In this document: piece by piece, positions 19,634 to 28,517 of the stretch | Position numbering within the stretch: the stretch's first letter is position 1 | Layout: each line of letters begins with the position of its first letter | Source: a virus | Lineage: Duplodnaviria; Caudoviricetes | Strand: one strand, 5' to 3' | IMG/VR virus record: IMGVR_UViG_3300043754_000129 | Span: 32,001-96,000 of that record | Length of the DNA: 64,000 nt | Made by a program: the position numbers and the translations under genes | The notes under the pieces: model-generated | The model's input: only the letters and a program-made list of their open reading frames with translations | Databases searched by the model: none | Told to the model about the DNA's origin: nothing

Positions 19634-21364
19634 TTAATTCCAGCGATCGAAGCCCGAACGCGGGCCCGGACCGTAAGACTGACCTTGAAACGGTTGACGG
19701 AAGAGTCCGCTTTCTTGTGCACCCATCGCTGCTTGCGAAGCGAACGGGTAGTCCGGCGTCCACGCCTGCGGCTTTTGCGGCACCCGCACCGCGAAGCCTG
19801 CATCACGCAGACCGTTACGCAGTGCATTGATGAAGCTCGCACCGAACGACACACGCGTGGCGATGTCCGTGAACTGCACCTTCCCGAGCAGGCCACGGAT
19901 CATGTCCTTGCGTTTGGCAAGCCGGACCGGCTCCGGGATCGACAGGTTCATGTAGGTCGCTGCCCAGTCTTCACTCAGACGGGGGTCACGGCCATACGTG
20001 AGCGCAGTCACCAACAACTGGTCCACATCCCGCACATCACGATGACTTCCATCGCGGTCGGCGTAGTAGCCCAACGGAATCGGATTGTTCTCCGTGAAGA
20101 CAACCTGATCGTGGCCGTTGAAGTAGTTGTTGAAACGCCCGGCACACAGGTGCTGCGCGGTGTGCAGGATGTGACTGCGTGCGGCTTCCGAACCATGGGC
20201 GGCAGCGGCCCAGACTTCGGTACGCCACGTGTCTGCCCCGGCATTGGCGATGTCCATCGAGAACACGAGGTTCGGACGGATGATGTCACGCAGCTTCTGC
20301 GCCATTTCATCCGGTTCCGCGATCACCCGGGGGAAGTCCGGCAGCAAGGCTTCCAGCCGGCTCGTGCGGGTGAGGTCCATGTTCGGATTCACCAGCGCAT
20401 CGTACCAGCTGTTGTTTTCGGTGAGCGTGCTGGCCATGCCGATCATGAGCAGCTGCATCGAGAGCAGATCCGGCGCATTGCGACCCGGCTGGATCTGGGT
20501 GATCACGAAACGCGGAATGTACTTCTTTTCCGGCATCGCAATCAGATCGACGAAGCCGCTCACTTCCCCGACTTCCTCCTCACGGTTGGTCGGCTGACCC
20601 GGCAGCTGACGGGCAGCGGCCGCGAGGGTGAGTGTCACATCGCGCCGCACCGGCTGGCCGAACGAGTCGACAGCATGCGCAACCTGCGTCGACAGGTAGT
20701 CCGTACGCAACGAGTACACGCCGCGATCTTCGATGTCGCCCAGACAGATTTCGTTCGGACCATCCGTCTGATCGACCAACGCCGTGGTGGCCGCCATCGC
20801 GATGTTGTACGCCACGCGATTGAAGATCAGCGGGTCTTCCAGATTCAGACCGCGGAAGAGCACGCAGGGGGCGGCGTCGAAGAACGTCGTGTTGGGCAGC
20901 TTGTTGGCGAGCACTTCACGGACGATGGTCTGGTAGGTGCGATCGTACACTTCGCCAAGCGAGCGCTCGGTCTCGATACGCAGGCCCTGGTAGTTGATGG
21001 AGTCGGTGCGGGTTTGCAGGATGGACTCTTCCGTCTCGATCATCACGAGTTGGTAGCCCATGCCAGCTTCAGGCTTGTCGCTCTTCATCGCCAGAACAGC
21101 CAAGGCGGGCACGAGGAGGTGCTCATGCGTGATGGGTATCAGCGTGAACACGAAGTCCGTGCTGGCCTTCTCCAGGGCCTTAGCGAGCAGGTTCTGGAAC
21201 TTCTCGAGTTCCGGGTGGCTCGGCTTGAGCGACTCGAACAGACCGCTGCGCGCATCGAAGAACGAACGCGGGCCACGGGTCTTCTTGTCGCCCTCTTCAC
21301 GGGCACGACGGAATGCATCACCCATGCCGGCCGGATCTGCGCTGTGGTTTTCGTTGATTGCCAT
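19634..21364 (-). CDS. Chimallin paralog (second phage nuclear shell-like protein)
   Basis: Colinear by-eye similarity to 48003-49943: MGDAF/MGAAF, TLIPI, KKYIPRFVIT/KKYVPRFVIT, ENNPIPLGYYADRDG/ENNRIHLGYFIGRDG, VRLAKRK, SGFDRWN/SGFSRWG. AAGGAG RBS. Confidence 0.88.
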   Translation of the reverse strand: MAINENHSADPAGMGDAFRRAREEGDKKTRGPRSFFDARSGLFESLKPSHPELEKFQNLLAKALEKASTDFVFTLIPITHEHLLVPALAVLAMKSDKPEAGMGYQLVMIETEESILQTRTDSINYQGLRIETERSLGEVYDRTYQTIVREVLANKLPNTTFFDAAPCVLFRGLNLEDPLIFNRVAYNIAMAATTALVDQTDGPNEICLGDIEDRGVYSLRTDYLSTQVAHAVDSFGQPVRRDVTLTLAAAARQLPGQPTNREEEVGEVSGFVDLIAMPEKKYIPRFVITQIQPGRNAPDLLSMQLLMIGMASTLTENNSWYDALVNPNMDLTRTSRLEALLPDFPRVIAEPDEMAQKLRDIIRPNLVFSMDIANAGADTWRTEVWAAAAHGSEAARSHILHTAQHLCAGRFNNYFNGHDQVVFTENNPIPLGYYADRDGSHRDVRDVDQLLVTALTYGRDPRLSEDWAATYMNLSIPEPVRLAKRKDMIRGLLGKVQFTDIATRVSFGASFINALRNGLRDAGFAVRVPQKPQAWTPDYPFASQAAMGAQESGLFRQPFQGQSYGPGPRSGFDRWN

Positions 21365-21396
21365 GTGGAATTCTCCTTGGTTTGCTGTTGGTGGTT

Positions 21397-22116
21397 TTAA
21401 CGCGGGGTGAGCACTTCGTTGGGGTAACGCTCACTGTGATCGACTTTGCCTTCTGCGTAGGCAATACCGAAGGCCGTGACGCGGATCTCCTCGCCGCACG
21501 GGTTGGTATCGTCATCGCAGACTTGCGGAGTCGGCTCGAGCGTGCCCGGGTAGAAACGCTCGATCCACAGACGACGGTTGCAGTCGCAGGAGAAGTTGTT
21601 TTCCTCCCAGTCGAAGATCACCGTGTCGAGCGGATAGCCGTAGCTGTACTCCTTGCGCACGTCGTACTCTTTGCCCTTGTACTTGAGCGTCACAAGGGCT
21701 ACGGGGCGCTTGGTGACGTTCTCGCCTTCACGCTCATCGAGCTTCAGGTCGGGCTTGACGAGCGGCGCCAGCAGCTGTTTAATGCGGTCCTTGTAGACAT
21801 CACGCTCTTCCTTCGTATCGAAGGCGCGCACGTACACTTCCTTGCCGTACTCGATGCCGTTGGGTTCGCCCATCTGCTTGCGGAAGATGGCGAGCTCAAT
21901 CACTTCCCCGGAGATCACGAGGCCGTAACCAGCCTTCTCCGGGATCTTGTCATCGTTGTACGGACACTGCTGGTGCATCTTCGCCCAGAGCTGCTCTTCC
22001 GTGAGTTCGGCAGGCGGCTTCTTGATCCCTTCGACCGCCTCATGAGCGGCGTGAGCGATCATCTTGCCGTAGGGCGTGGTGTCGAGGAAATTGAAACCGT
22101 TGTAACCGTTCTTCAT
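21397..22116 (-). CDS. Hypothetical protein, possible Cys metal site
   Basis: 239 aa; SCDCNR...VC...PC near the C-terminus; AAGGAG RBS. Confidence 0.7.
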   Translation of the reverse strand: MKNGYNGFNFLDTTPYGKMIAHAAHEAVEGIKKPPAELTEEQLWAKMHQQCPYNDDKIPEKAGYGLVISGEVIELAIFRKQMGEPNGIEYGKEVYVRAFDTKEERDVYKDRIKQLLAPLVKPDLKLDEREGENVTKRPVALVTLKYKGKEYDVRKEYSYGYPLDTVIFDWEENNFSCDCNRRLWIERFYPGTLEPTPQVCDDDTNPCGEEIRVTAFGIAYAEGKVDHSERYPNEVLTPR

Positions 22117-22151
22117 GCTACTACTCCTTCGTTTGATGTTTTAAGCAGGGC

Positions 22152-22355
22152 TTACCACCAGCGGTAGTTGCCCTGATTCGGCTTGTGCTGTTTGTTATCC
22201 AGAACGCAGACGGGCACACCGCCTGCCTTCTTGCGCGAGGTCCAGCTTTCGCGCGGTTGGAAGTGCGGAGTAGAGTGGGCCACCCGACGCTTCGAGAGTT
22301 CCACCTTCTTCTTTTGCAGGCGGCGCTGTTTAGGCGTCTGTTGGTAGTTCTTCAC
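22152..22355 (-). CDS. Small basic protein ending in RWW
   Basis: 67 aa, K/R-rich, GTG start after AAGGAG. Confidence 0.5.
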   Translation of the reverse strand: MKNYQQTPKQRRLQKKKVELSKRRVAHSTPHFQPRESWTSRKKAGGVPVCVLDNKQHKPNQGNYRWW

Positions 22356-22364
22356 AGTGACTCC

Positions 22365-22706
22365 TTAGAAGCCGAGCGAGCGCTTCGCGTCTTCGATGGT
22401 TTCGGCGCCGATGTCGTAGGTGACCAGGCGGGCGTTCGTGCAGTAGAGCGTACCGCGCACAATCTCTTCATTCTCGGTGCCGCGCGGGTCGGTGGCACGA
22501 CCGACATACTTCGGGTCACTCACCTTCGACACGAGGTAGACCACCTTCTTGGTGAGGGTGTCGAGCTTCATGTCGAGGACCTTCACGGGCTGGTGCGCAT
22601 GGGTGGCGCCAGTCCAATCACAATCCATCGGGTTACCGAATTGGCAGGTGGTCGTGTCGCCAACGAGGAGGTCGCCAGCGGGCATGTTCTTGATGGTCGA
22701 GTTCAT
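22365..22706 (-). CDS. Hypothetical protein, paralog of 23784-24125
   Basis: 113 aa; PVKVL...YLVSKVSDP...LGF; AAGGAG RBS. Confidence 0.7.
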   Translation of the reverse strand: MNSTIKNMPAGDLLVGDTTTCQFGNPMDCDWTGATHAHQPVKVLDMKLDTLTKKVVYLVSKVSDPKYVGRATDPRGTENEEIVRGTLYCTNARLVTYDIGAETIEDAKRSLGF

Positions 22707-22787
22707 GGATTACTACTCCTTGGTTTGAAGTTATAGACTACAAAGAAAAGGCATACTGGCCTGGGACGTACCCAGGCCGGTAGGTCT

Positions 22788-23303
22788 TTAGTGGACGGTG
22801 TGGTTGCCTTCAACGACGAAACGCGGACGACGGGGCTGCGGAGCACGCGGCGCGTAGTTGGGGACATCAGCCACGGGCTGGCAGATCATGCCCTTGTCAT
22901 CATCACCGACGACCTGGACATGCACACCCTTGTCACCGGCTGCGTTGGTGACCGAGAACTTCTTTTCCAGACTCGCTTGCCACATACGGTCAGCTTTGAG
23001 CGGATCGGGTGCCGGTTCATTGCGCGCTTCGCGTGCTTTCGCGATTTCCTCTTGCGTCGGCACGCTGTCCGGGAAGAGCTTGTCTGCCTGAGTCGTGATC
23101 GTCTCCCAGAGCTTCTGGATCATCTTGACTTCTTCGATGAGTTCGGATTTGGGGACGCCGAACACGAGCTTGACCTTCAGGGCGGCAATGACTGCCATAT
23201 GCAGGCTGCATGCCACGCGCATGGCTTCTTCGGTGTCGGGAGGGTTGTCGACCACGAATTGCATCATTGCGAGGCTTGCTTTCTTTTCTTGTTGCTGATC
23301 CAT
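22788..23303 (-). CDS. Hypothetical protein, paralog of 26153-26467
   Basis: 171 aa; VDNPPD...LWET...PD; AAGGAG RBS. Confidence 0.7.
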   Translation of the reverse strand: MDQQQEKKASLAMMQFVVDNPPDTEEAMRVACSLHMAVIAALKVKLVFGVPKSELIEEVKMIQKLWETITTQADKLFPDSVPTQEEIAKAREARNEPAPDPLKADRMWQASLEKKFSVTNAAGDKGVHVQVVGDDDKGMICQPVADVPNYAPRAPQPRRPRFVVEGNHTVH

Positions 23304-23381
23304 TACGTACTCCTTGGTTTGTTGGTTATGACTGCGAAGACCTACTGACCTGGAGTTGCCCCCAGGCCGCTAGATCCTAGC

Positions 23382-23756
23382 TTAGTCGTTCGACAGCGTC
23401 ATGTGACGGATGGCAGTGCGCACAGCCTGATCTGCGTCAGACGTGAGGACCGCGATGCGATGCGCCGTCCAGTCCCAGTAGCCGCTGATGGTGTCTTGCA
23501 AGACCACTGCCTCGCGCCACATGGCACGCGAGATGACGGGATGTTCGCCGTCGCCTTCCGGGTTGTAGATGCTGTCCAGCGTGTCGCCCGATGCGCCGAG
23601 GTCGGCGCGCAGGAGCTGCATCTGTTCAGTCGAGAAGCGTGCCGCGTCGGGTACATCCAGATGCGGATGCGCCGACGATTCGTCGTTCAACGTCGTGATT
23701 GCTTTTTCGTTGAGAGGACGCGATTGACCCATGCCGATTGCGGTATTGCCAGTCAT
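23382..23756 (-). CDS. Hypothetical protein
   Basis: 124-aa ORF with GAAGGAG RBS. Confidence 0.65.
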   Translation of the reverse strand: MTGNTAIGMGQSRPLNEKAITTLNDESSAHPHLDVPDAARFSTEQMQLLRADLGASGDTLDSIYNPEGDGEHPVISRAMWREAVVLQDTISGYWDWTAHRIAVLTSDADQAVRTAIRHMTLSND

Positions 23757-23783
23757 GCTTGCTCCTTCGATAGGTAAGGTAAA

Positions 23784-24125
23784 TCAGAAACCGAATTCAG
23801 CGCGGGCTTGCGCCAAATCCTTCACAGCGTACTGCGGATCTTGCGAGCCGATTTCGCGCACGTTGTAGATGAGCACATCGGCCACGTTGTGATCCACCAT
23901 CGACTGACCGATGGCGACTTGATCCGGGTTGCTCTTCTTGGCTACCAGGTAAGCGAAGCCGCCGATGATCTTCTTCTTTTCCAGCACGATGACAGGCTTG
24001 GCTTCTTGCAGCTGATTGCCGTCGCCCGTGATCGTGCCACGGATCTCATCTCCGACGTTGTGGCCGTACATGTCGACTGCCACGTTCTTGATGATCGCGC
24101 CGTAGTTGATTCCGAGTTGTTCCAT
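23784..24125 (-). CDS. Hypothetical protein, paralog of 22365-22706
   Basis: 113 aa; PVIVL...YLVAKKSNP...FGF; GGAG RBS. Confidence 0.7.
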   Translation of the reverse strand: MEQLGINYGAIIKNVAVDMYGHNVGDEIRGTITGDGNQLQEAKPVIVLEKKKIIGGFAYLVAKKSNPDQVAIGQSMVDHNVADVLIYNVREIGSQDPQYAVKDLAQARAEFGF

Positions 24126-24205
24126 TGTCCTGCTCCTTTGTTGGTTTAGAGTATTAAGTCTGCTACTAGACTCAGTAGCGTTATATAGGTCTGAGTTCTG
24201 TTTGA

Positions 24206-24631
24206 CTAGAACTTGGCCTGCATCATCAGTGCCGCTTGAGCAAAGAGACGCTCCACCACAATCGGGTCCGCCTCCTTGTAGCGCTGCATGTGCTCGAGAT
24301 ACAGGTTGTTGCGCTCACCCAGATTAAGCTCGGTGGAAAAGACCACCGAGTAATCCACGCCCACATCCTTGACACCGGACGTATCGGAGATGACAGCGTT
24401 GATGACAATGCTGGGAACGAGCGGTGCAAGCGAGCCGGAAGTCTGCACTTCCACGATCTTGCGAAACACCAACACGTCACTCACGACCTTCCCGTGCAGT
24501 GCCAGCACCCCCGGCATCTGACAGGGGCGCACGAGATAGCCGGCATGCGCGAGTACCCGATAACCTTCCGGGAACTGCTCGCGCAGCCGAGCATCTTCCA
24601 TGTTGATGGCAACTTTCTCGTTCTTATCCAT
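24206..24631 (-). CDS. Hypothetical protein
   Basis: 141 aa; start overlaps the upstream stop (TGATG). Confidence 0.6.
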   Translation of the reverse strand: MDKNEKVAINMEDARLREQFPEGYRVLAHAGYLVRPCQMPGVLALHGKVVSDVLVFRKIVEVQTSGSLAPLVPSIVINAVISDTSGVKDVGVDYSVVFSTELNLGERNNLYLEHMQRYKEADPIVVERLFAQAALMMQAKF

Positions 24632-24936
24632 CAGGGCAGACCCCGCGTGATTTCGTCTACACGACGCAGAGCACGCTTAAGCGTCTGCGCGTCTGCATAC
24701 ACGGTGTTGTTGCCCATGACGTCGAGTGTGACATCCACATTGTCCTTGAAGACGCGGATGTCCGAGCGTACCAGGTCTTCGCAGCAACCCGCCGAGTCGT
24801 CACACGAGATGCTGATCTCGAAACCCTTGTGGGGAATCCGCAGGCAGATATTGGCCAGCGCTGTGCGCGACTTGTCGACGTCGCTCGTTTTGTGGTGGTG
24901 AAACTGGGTGCCGCCGCGCGGTACGTAAATGCTCAT
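24631..24936 (-). CDS. Hypothetical protein
   Basis: 101 aa; coupled to both neighbours. Confidence 0.6.
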   Translation of the reverse strand: MSIYVPRGGTQFHHHKTSDVDKSRTALANICLRIPHKGFEISISCDDSAGCCEDLVRSDIRVFKDNVDVTLDVMGNNTVYADAQTLKRALRRVDEITRGLP

Positions 24937-25430
24937 GCCTGTTCTCCTTGGTTCTTGGGGGTTTCGCCGAGTTCGCTCAGAAGGTTCATGTAGTCCAGAT
25001 CACGCAGATCCTTCTTCACGCCTTCCGAGTTGACGGCGTAAGCGAAGTGGATGTCGCTTTGCAGCTTGGCCTTGGGGTGACGGAGCTTCTTCGGCACGCC
25101 CACGCGCAGCATCTGCAACTCCGCCTTGATGTTAAAGCGCAGCAGATCGCCGTTGAGCGAACGCGGCACATCCGAATGGGCCGACTCCGCATCATGCAAG
25201 CGAGCGCGCCGCAATGCCACCTTCATCTTGAGCGAACCACGCTTGAGGATACGCTCTTGACGCTTGAGGCTGACCATCGGGAAGATGACCTTGCTCAAGT
25301 CGTGGACGGGGATTTCCAGCGACTTGGCTTGCTCATAGACATCGGCCGACATGATCAGCCCGTCTTCTGCGGTGAGAATCTTCGCATTCGCGAGCATCTC
25401 ATCCTTGATGTTGCCGTATTCCTTGGCCAT
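24933..25430 (-). CDS. Hypothetical protein
   Basis: 165 aa with AAGGAG RBS. Confidence 0.65.
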   Translation of the reverse strand: MAKEYGNIKDEMLANAKILTAEDGLIMSADVYEQAKSLEIPVHDLSKVIFPMVSLKRQERILKRGSLKMKVALRRARLHDAESAHSDVPRSLNGDLLRFNIKAELQMLRVGVPKKLRHPKAKLQSDIHFAYAVNSEGVKKDLRDLDYMNLLSELGETPKNQGEQA

Positions 25431-25455
25431 GCTTAAGACTCCTTGGTTTGATGTT

Positions 25456-26064
25456 TTAGATGCGCACTTGTTCCTGAATCAGCACGCGTTTGGCCAGCAC
25501 CTTCTCACGACGCGAGCCGTGACGCAGGATGCGCGCCAGTTGGTAATCGGTCCGGATGCGCGGCAGGACGTCTTGAAACACCTTGCCGCTCTTGTTCCAA
25601 CCACGCTCGAACGGCAGCTTGCCCTTGTCGTCCGCCCAGAGAATCTGGTACACACGCACAGGACCATAGCGTCGCTTAGCACCCATCACGTACTTGACCC
25701 GCGTGTATTGCCAAGTGACGTCACGGATGAAGATCGGCACGTTGAAAAGGTCGGTACGCAGACCCATCTTCACGCCACCATTCTTGCGCATTTCGTCGGC
25801 GAGCGTGCAGATGATCATCTGCTTGTTCTGCGCCGCCAGGTTTCCCGTCATGATGAATTCGGGCAACTGAAGCTTACCCAGGCCGATCGAGTAGGTGAAG
25901 CCGCTACCCTTCTTGCCCTTGCCCGGGAACACGTTCATGTGGGTGTGACCGTGCTTCTCGATCAATGCGTCGAGGTCCGCATGAATCCGGCGAATGCGCT
26001 CTTGCATGGGGAGTGCAAGCCAAGCTGCGCGTTCTTCTTCGTTCATTTCGTTGATGTTGTTCAT
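25456..26064 (-). CDS. DUF4262-like protein
   Basis: GFTYSIGL...LPEFIMTG...QILWADDKGKLPFE pattern. Confidence 0.65.
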   Translation of the reverse strand: MNNINEMNEEERAAWLALPMQERIRRIHADLDALIEKHGHTHMNVFPGKGKKGSGFTYSIGLGKLQLPEFIMTGNLAAQNKQMIICTLADEMRKNGGVKMGLRTDLFNVPIFIRDVTWQYTRVKYVMGAKRRYGPVRVYQILWADDKGKLPFERGWNKSGKVFQDVLPRIRTDYQLARILRHGSRREKVLAKRVLIQEQVRI

Positions 26065-26152
26065 TTTACTTCTCCTTGGTTTTCAAGTAGCCGGCATAAG
26101 GGAAAGGCTTTTGCCTTCCCCAGTGTGCCGAAAATTGTAGTTGGTTATGGAT

Positions 26153-26467
26153 TTATTTCGCTTTCAGATCCGGGTGGATCTTGGTGAGCTGTGTTTGCAC
26201 AGTCTCCCAGAATTTGGGGATGTCGACCATTTCGTCGGCTTTGCTGGCCAGGACGGTAGACACACTCTCAATGAGCTTACCATCCTTGATCGGCCAGTGT
26301 TCACCGAGTTTCAGCGTAACCGCCATCCGGTCAACGATCACTTTCAGATACTCCACTGCTGCGAGCAACCCACATTCGTCGTCAGGAGGGTTATCCACAA
26401 AGAACGCCAATACCCTTCGCTGATCATCCGACAAGCGTAGCGTGGTCATGGTAGTTCTCCCCGACAA
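26153..26467 (-). CDS. Hypothetical protein, paralog of 22788-23303
   Basis: VDNPPD...FWETVQTQLTKIHPD. Confidence 0.6.
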   Translation of the reverse strand: MSGRTTMTTLRLSDDQRRVLAFFVDNPPDDECGLLAAVEYLKVIVDRMAVTLKLGEHWPIKDGKLIESVSTVLASKADEMVDIPKFWETVQTQLTKIHPDLKAK

Positions 26468-26515
26468 AAAATGTTAAAGGCACGCTCCTATAAAATGGCT
26501 TATCTGGGTAACTTC

Positions 26516-26782
26516 TTACCGGTTCAGGTGCCCCGTCAGCAATTTCGCTTCGGCTTCAGTCTTGACTGCACAGACGACTTCATCGTCGTGGGTCAGGACG
26601 GCGAACGCGTTCTTGCCATTGTGGACGGCGTTCTCGTACCAGTACGCACCTTTCTCGGTGCGCGGATTGTTCAGATGGTCCACGACGAGGGCGGCTTCTG
26701 CCCTCGAAGGGAAATGAAGGATGACGTTCTCCGGTCCTGAAAGAACGTCATATCGGTGGTGCCACCGCTCGTACGTGTACAA
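26516..26782 (-). CDS. Hypothetical protein with internal duplication
   Basis: Two repeats: RAEAALVVDHLN and EAEAKLLTGHLN. Confidence 0.6.
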   Translation of the reverse strand: MYTYERWHHRYDVLSGPENVILHFPSRAEAALVVDHLNNPRTEKGAYWYENAVHNGKNAFAVLTHDDEVVCAVKTEAEAKLLTGHLNR

Positions 26783-26793
26783 CGCAGGTTCTC

Positions 26794-27258
26794 CTATTCT
26801 TCTGTAAAGTCGCTGTAGCTGCCGACCTTATACAACCCCGTAAACATATCCTCGTCATTCGTAGACAAGAAACATGCGGCTTCGCTCTTGGTGACGGTAT
26901 CGTGATTGGCGCTGGATTTCGGATACCAATACCCGTCCGCACCCTGATACATACCATCATCGCTCTCGAATATTTTTACGTGGTGGCGAAAGGAGAACTC
27001 CACTTGAAACAGATAACCACGTACCGTATTGCCCGCGAGCTTCACCGTGCCCGGGGTAAAGACAGCGTGGATGGCTAACGGCATCGGCGGCAGGAACGAC
27101 TTCGGGGTGAAGGGGTTCTCAAACGGGTCACCTTCATACGCCGAGTTGATCACTTCGTTGATGTCTTTGCTCACCAACGAATTCAGGGATCGGGTAGAGA
27201 TCACCCAACGCAGCGCCATGCCGTTACCGTTCATCACGATAGGATCTCGCTTACTCAT
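26794..27258 (-). CDS. Hypothetical protein
   Basis: 154 aa with AAGGAG RBS. Confidence 0.65.
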   Translation of the reverse strand: MSKRDPIVMNGNGMALRWVISTRSLNSLVSKDINEVINSAYEGDPFENPFTPKSFLPPMPLAIHAVFTPGTVKLAGNTVRGYLFQVEFSFRHHVKIFESDDGMYQGADGYWYPKSSANHDTVTKSEAACFLSTNDEDMFTGLYKVGSYSDFTEE

Positions 27259-27301
27259 GGTCCTTGCTCCTTGGTTCTTGGTTTGGTGTTATTGGTTCGA
27301 C

Positions 27302-27595
27302 TTACAGCTTGTACGGGGCAATCAAGGGTGAGACGAGACAGGGGTGGATGCTGAACAACTGACGAGCCAGACGTTCGAGATCCGCCACCCGTATCTTTAA
27401 CGAAGTGATCGCTTCCACGAGCAGGGTCATGTCTTTGCTCATCTGGCGCTCATCCTCTTCGCCCAACAGACAAATGCGATCGATGCATGTCTCCATGTAC
27501 TCGATCCCACGGGTACAACTCGGGATGTCCACGGGCGGACAATCCCGATACAGCCGGAGGTGTTCACGCTCCACACTACCGAACTTAAGTAGCAT
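27302..27595 (-). CDS. Hypothetical protein
   Basis: 97-aa ORF in the minus-strand accessory operon. Confidence 0.5.
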   Translation of the reverse strand: MLLKFGSVEREHLRLYRDCPPVDIPSCTRGIEYMETCIDRICLLGEEDERQMSKDMTLLVEAITSLKIRVADLERLARQLFSIHPCLVSPLIAPYKL

Positions 27596-27619
27596 CGTTA
27601 CTTCCTTTCGAGTTGGAGG

Positions 27620-28021
27620 TTATGCTGCTACCGCCTCCTCCTGGTACTGCGCGTTCAACGCACGGAGGCGATTGCTCGCTTCCTCGGCCGTGATCGTGCG
27701 GTTGGCCAAGTCACCGAGCACAGTCAGGTGATCGAGGTGCAGCGTCTCGTCACGTTCCTTGGCAACGGCCAGCGCATCCATGATTTCCTGATGGCGCGCG
27801 CCCATCGCTTCACGATTGCGTTCGAGTTCAGCCATACGCTCGACGTGTGCCGCCATCGCCTGATCCATCTCACGATAGATCTCGGTGACGCGGGCTTCGC
27901 CAGCCTTGCGGATGGCGTCCGTCTCCTGCTTCGTCTTCTTCACCAGCAGGTAACCCACACCTGCCACAGCTGCCACAACAGCGGCGATGCCCAGACCAGC
28001 GACGATCTTGTTCGATTCCAT
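27620..28021 (-). CDS. Membrane-anchored coiled-coil protein
   Basis: N-terminal TM helix IVAGLGIAAVVAAVAGVGYLL followed by a charged helix. Confidence 0.7.
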   Translation of the reverse strand: MESNKIVAGLGIAAVVAAVAGVGYLLVKKTKQETDAIRKAGEARVTEIYREMDQAMAAHVERMAELERNREAMGARHQEIMDALAVAKERDETLHLDHLTVLGDLANRTITAEEASNRLRALNAQYQEEAVAA

Positions 28022-28047
28022 TTTGGTTCTCCTAAAGACGATTGAAG

Positions 28048-28353
28048 TTAAACTGCTTCGGCGTGAGCGACCACGTCGTCCAGCAACTGTTGCAACGGGC
28101 TGTCACCTTCGCGGCGACCCAACTGACGCACCAGTTCACGGCGCACTGCCGGATCCGTTTCACGGGCGAGGGCGTCTTCAAGCGCGGAGATACGGTTGCG
28201 CTCGGTGACGCCGTCCCAGAAGGGATCGGACTTGCGTTTCGCGTCGGTACGCGGTTCAGTCTGTTCGCGATCGATGTCCTTGATAAAGGCATAAGCAACT
28301 ACACCGATCACTGCGAGGTAAGCAGCCGTCTTCACGATGTCTTTCAGTTCCAT
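28048..28353 (-). CDS. Small membrane-anchored protein
   Basis: N-terminal TM AAYLAVIGVVAYAFI; AGGAG RBS. Confidence 0.65.
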   Translation of the reverse strand: MELKDIVKTAAYLAVIGVVAYAFIKDIDREQTEPRTDAKRKSDPFWDGVTERNRISALEDALARETDPAVRRELVRQLGRREGDSPLQQLLDDVVAHAEAV

Positions 28354-28517
28354 GGTAACTCTCCTGAGATAAGGTAATAAACTGGGGGTTTATGTCAGGG
28401 GCGTTATATGTATCTGAAATTCCATTCAATCGTCAAAAAGAACCAAAAAGAAAAGGAGATGGCATAAGTGCCAGCACCGGAGTACGTCACCCCGGTGCTG
28501 GCTTTTCAGTCGCTCAC

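Noticed and set aside
26516-26782. Internal two-repeat structure in an 88-aa protein
   Set aside because: Real but common in small phage proteins; recorded as a feature only.
21366-27285. Repeated AACCAAGGAG motif before many accessory genes
   Set aside because: It is explained as a strong Shine-Dalgarno sequence with an A-rich leader; no spacing regularity suggests an array.
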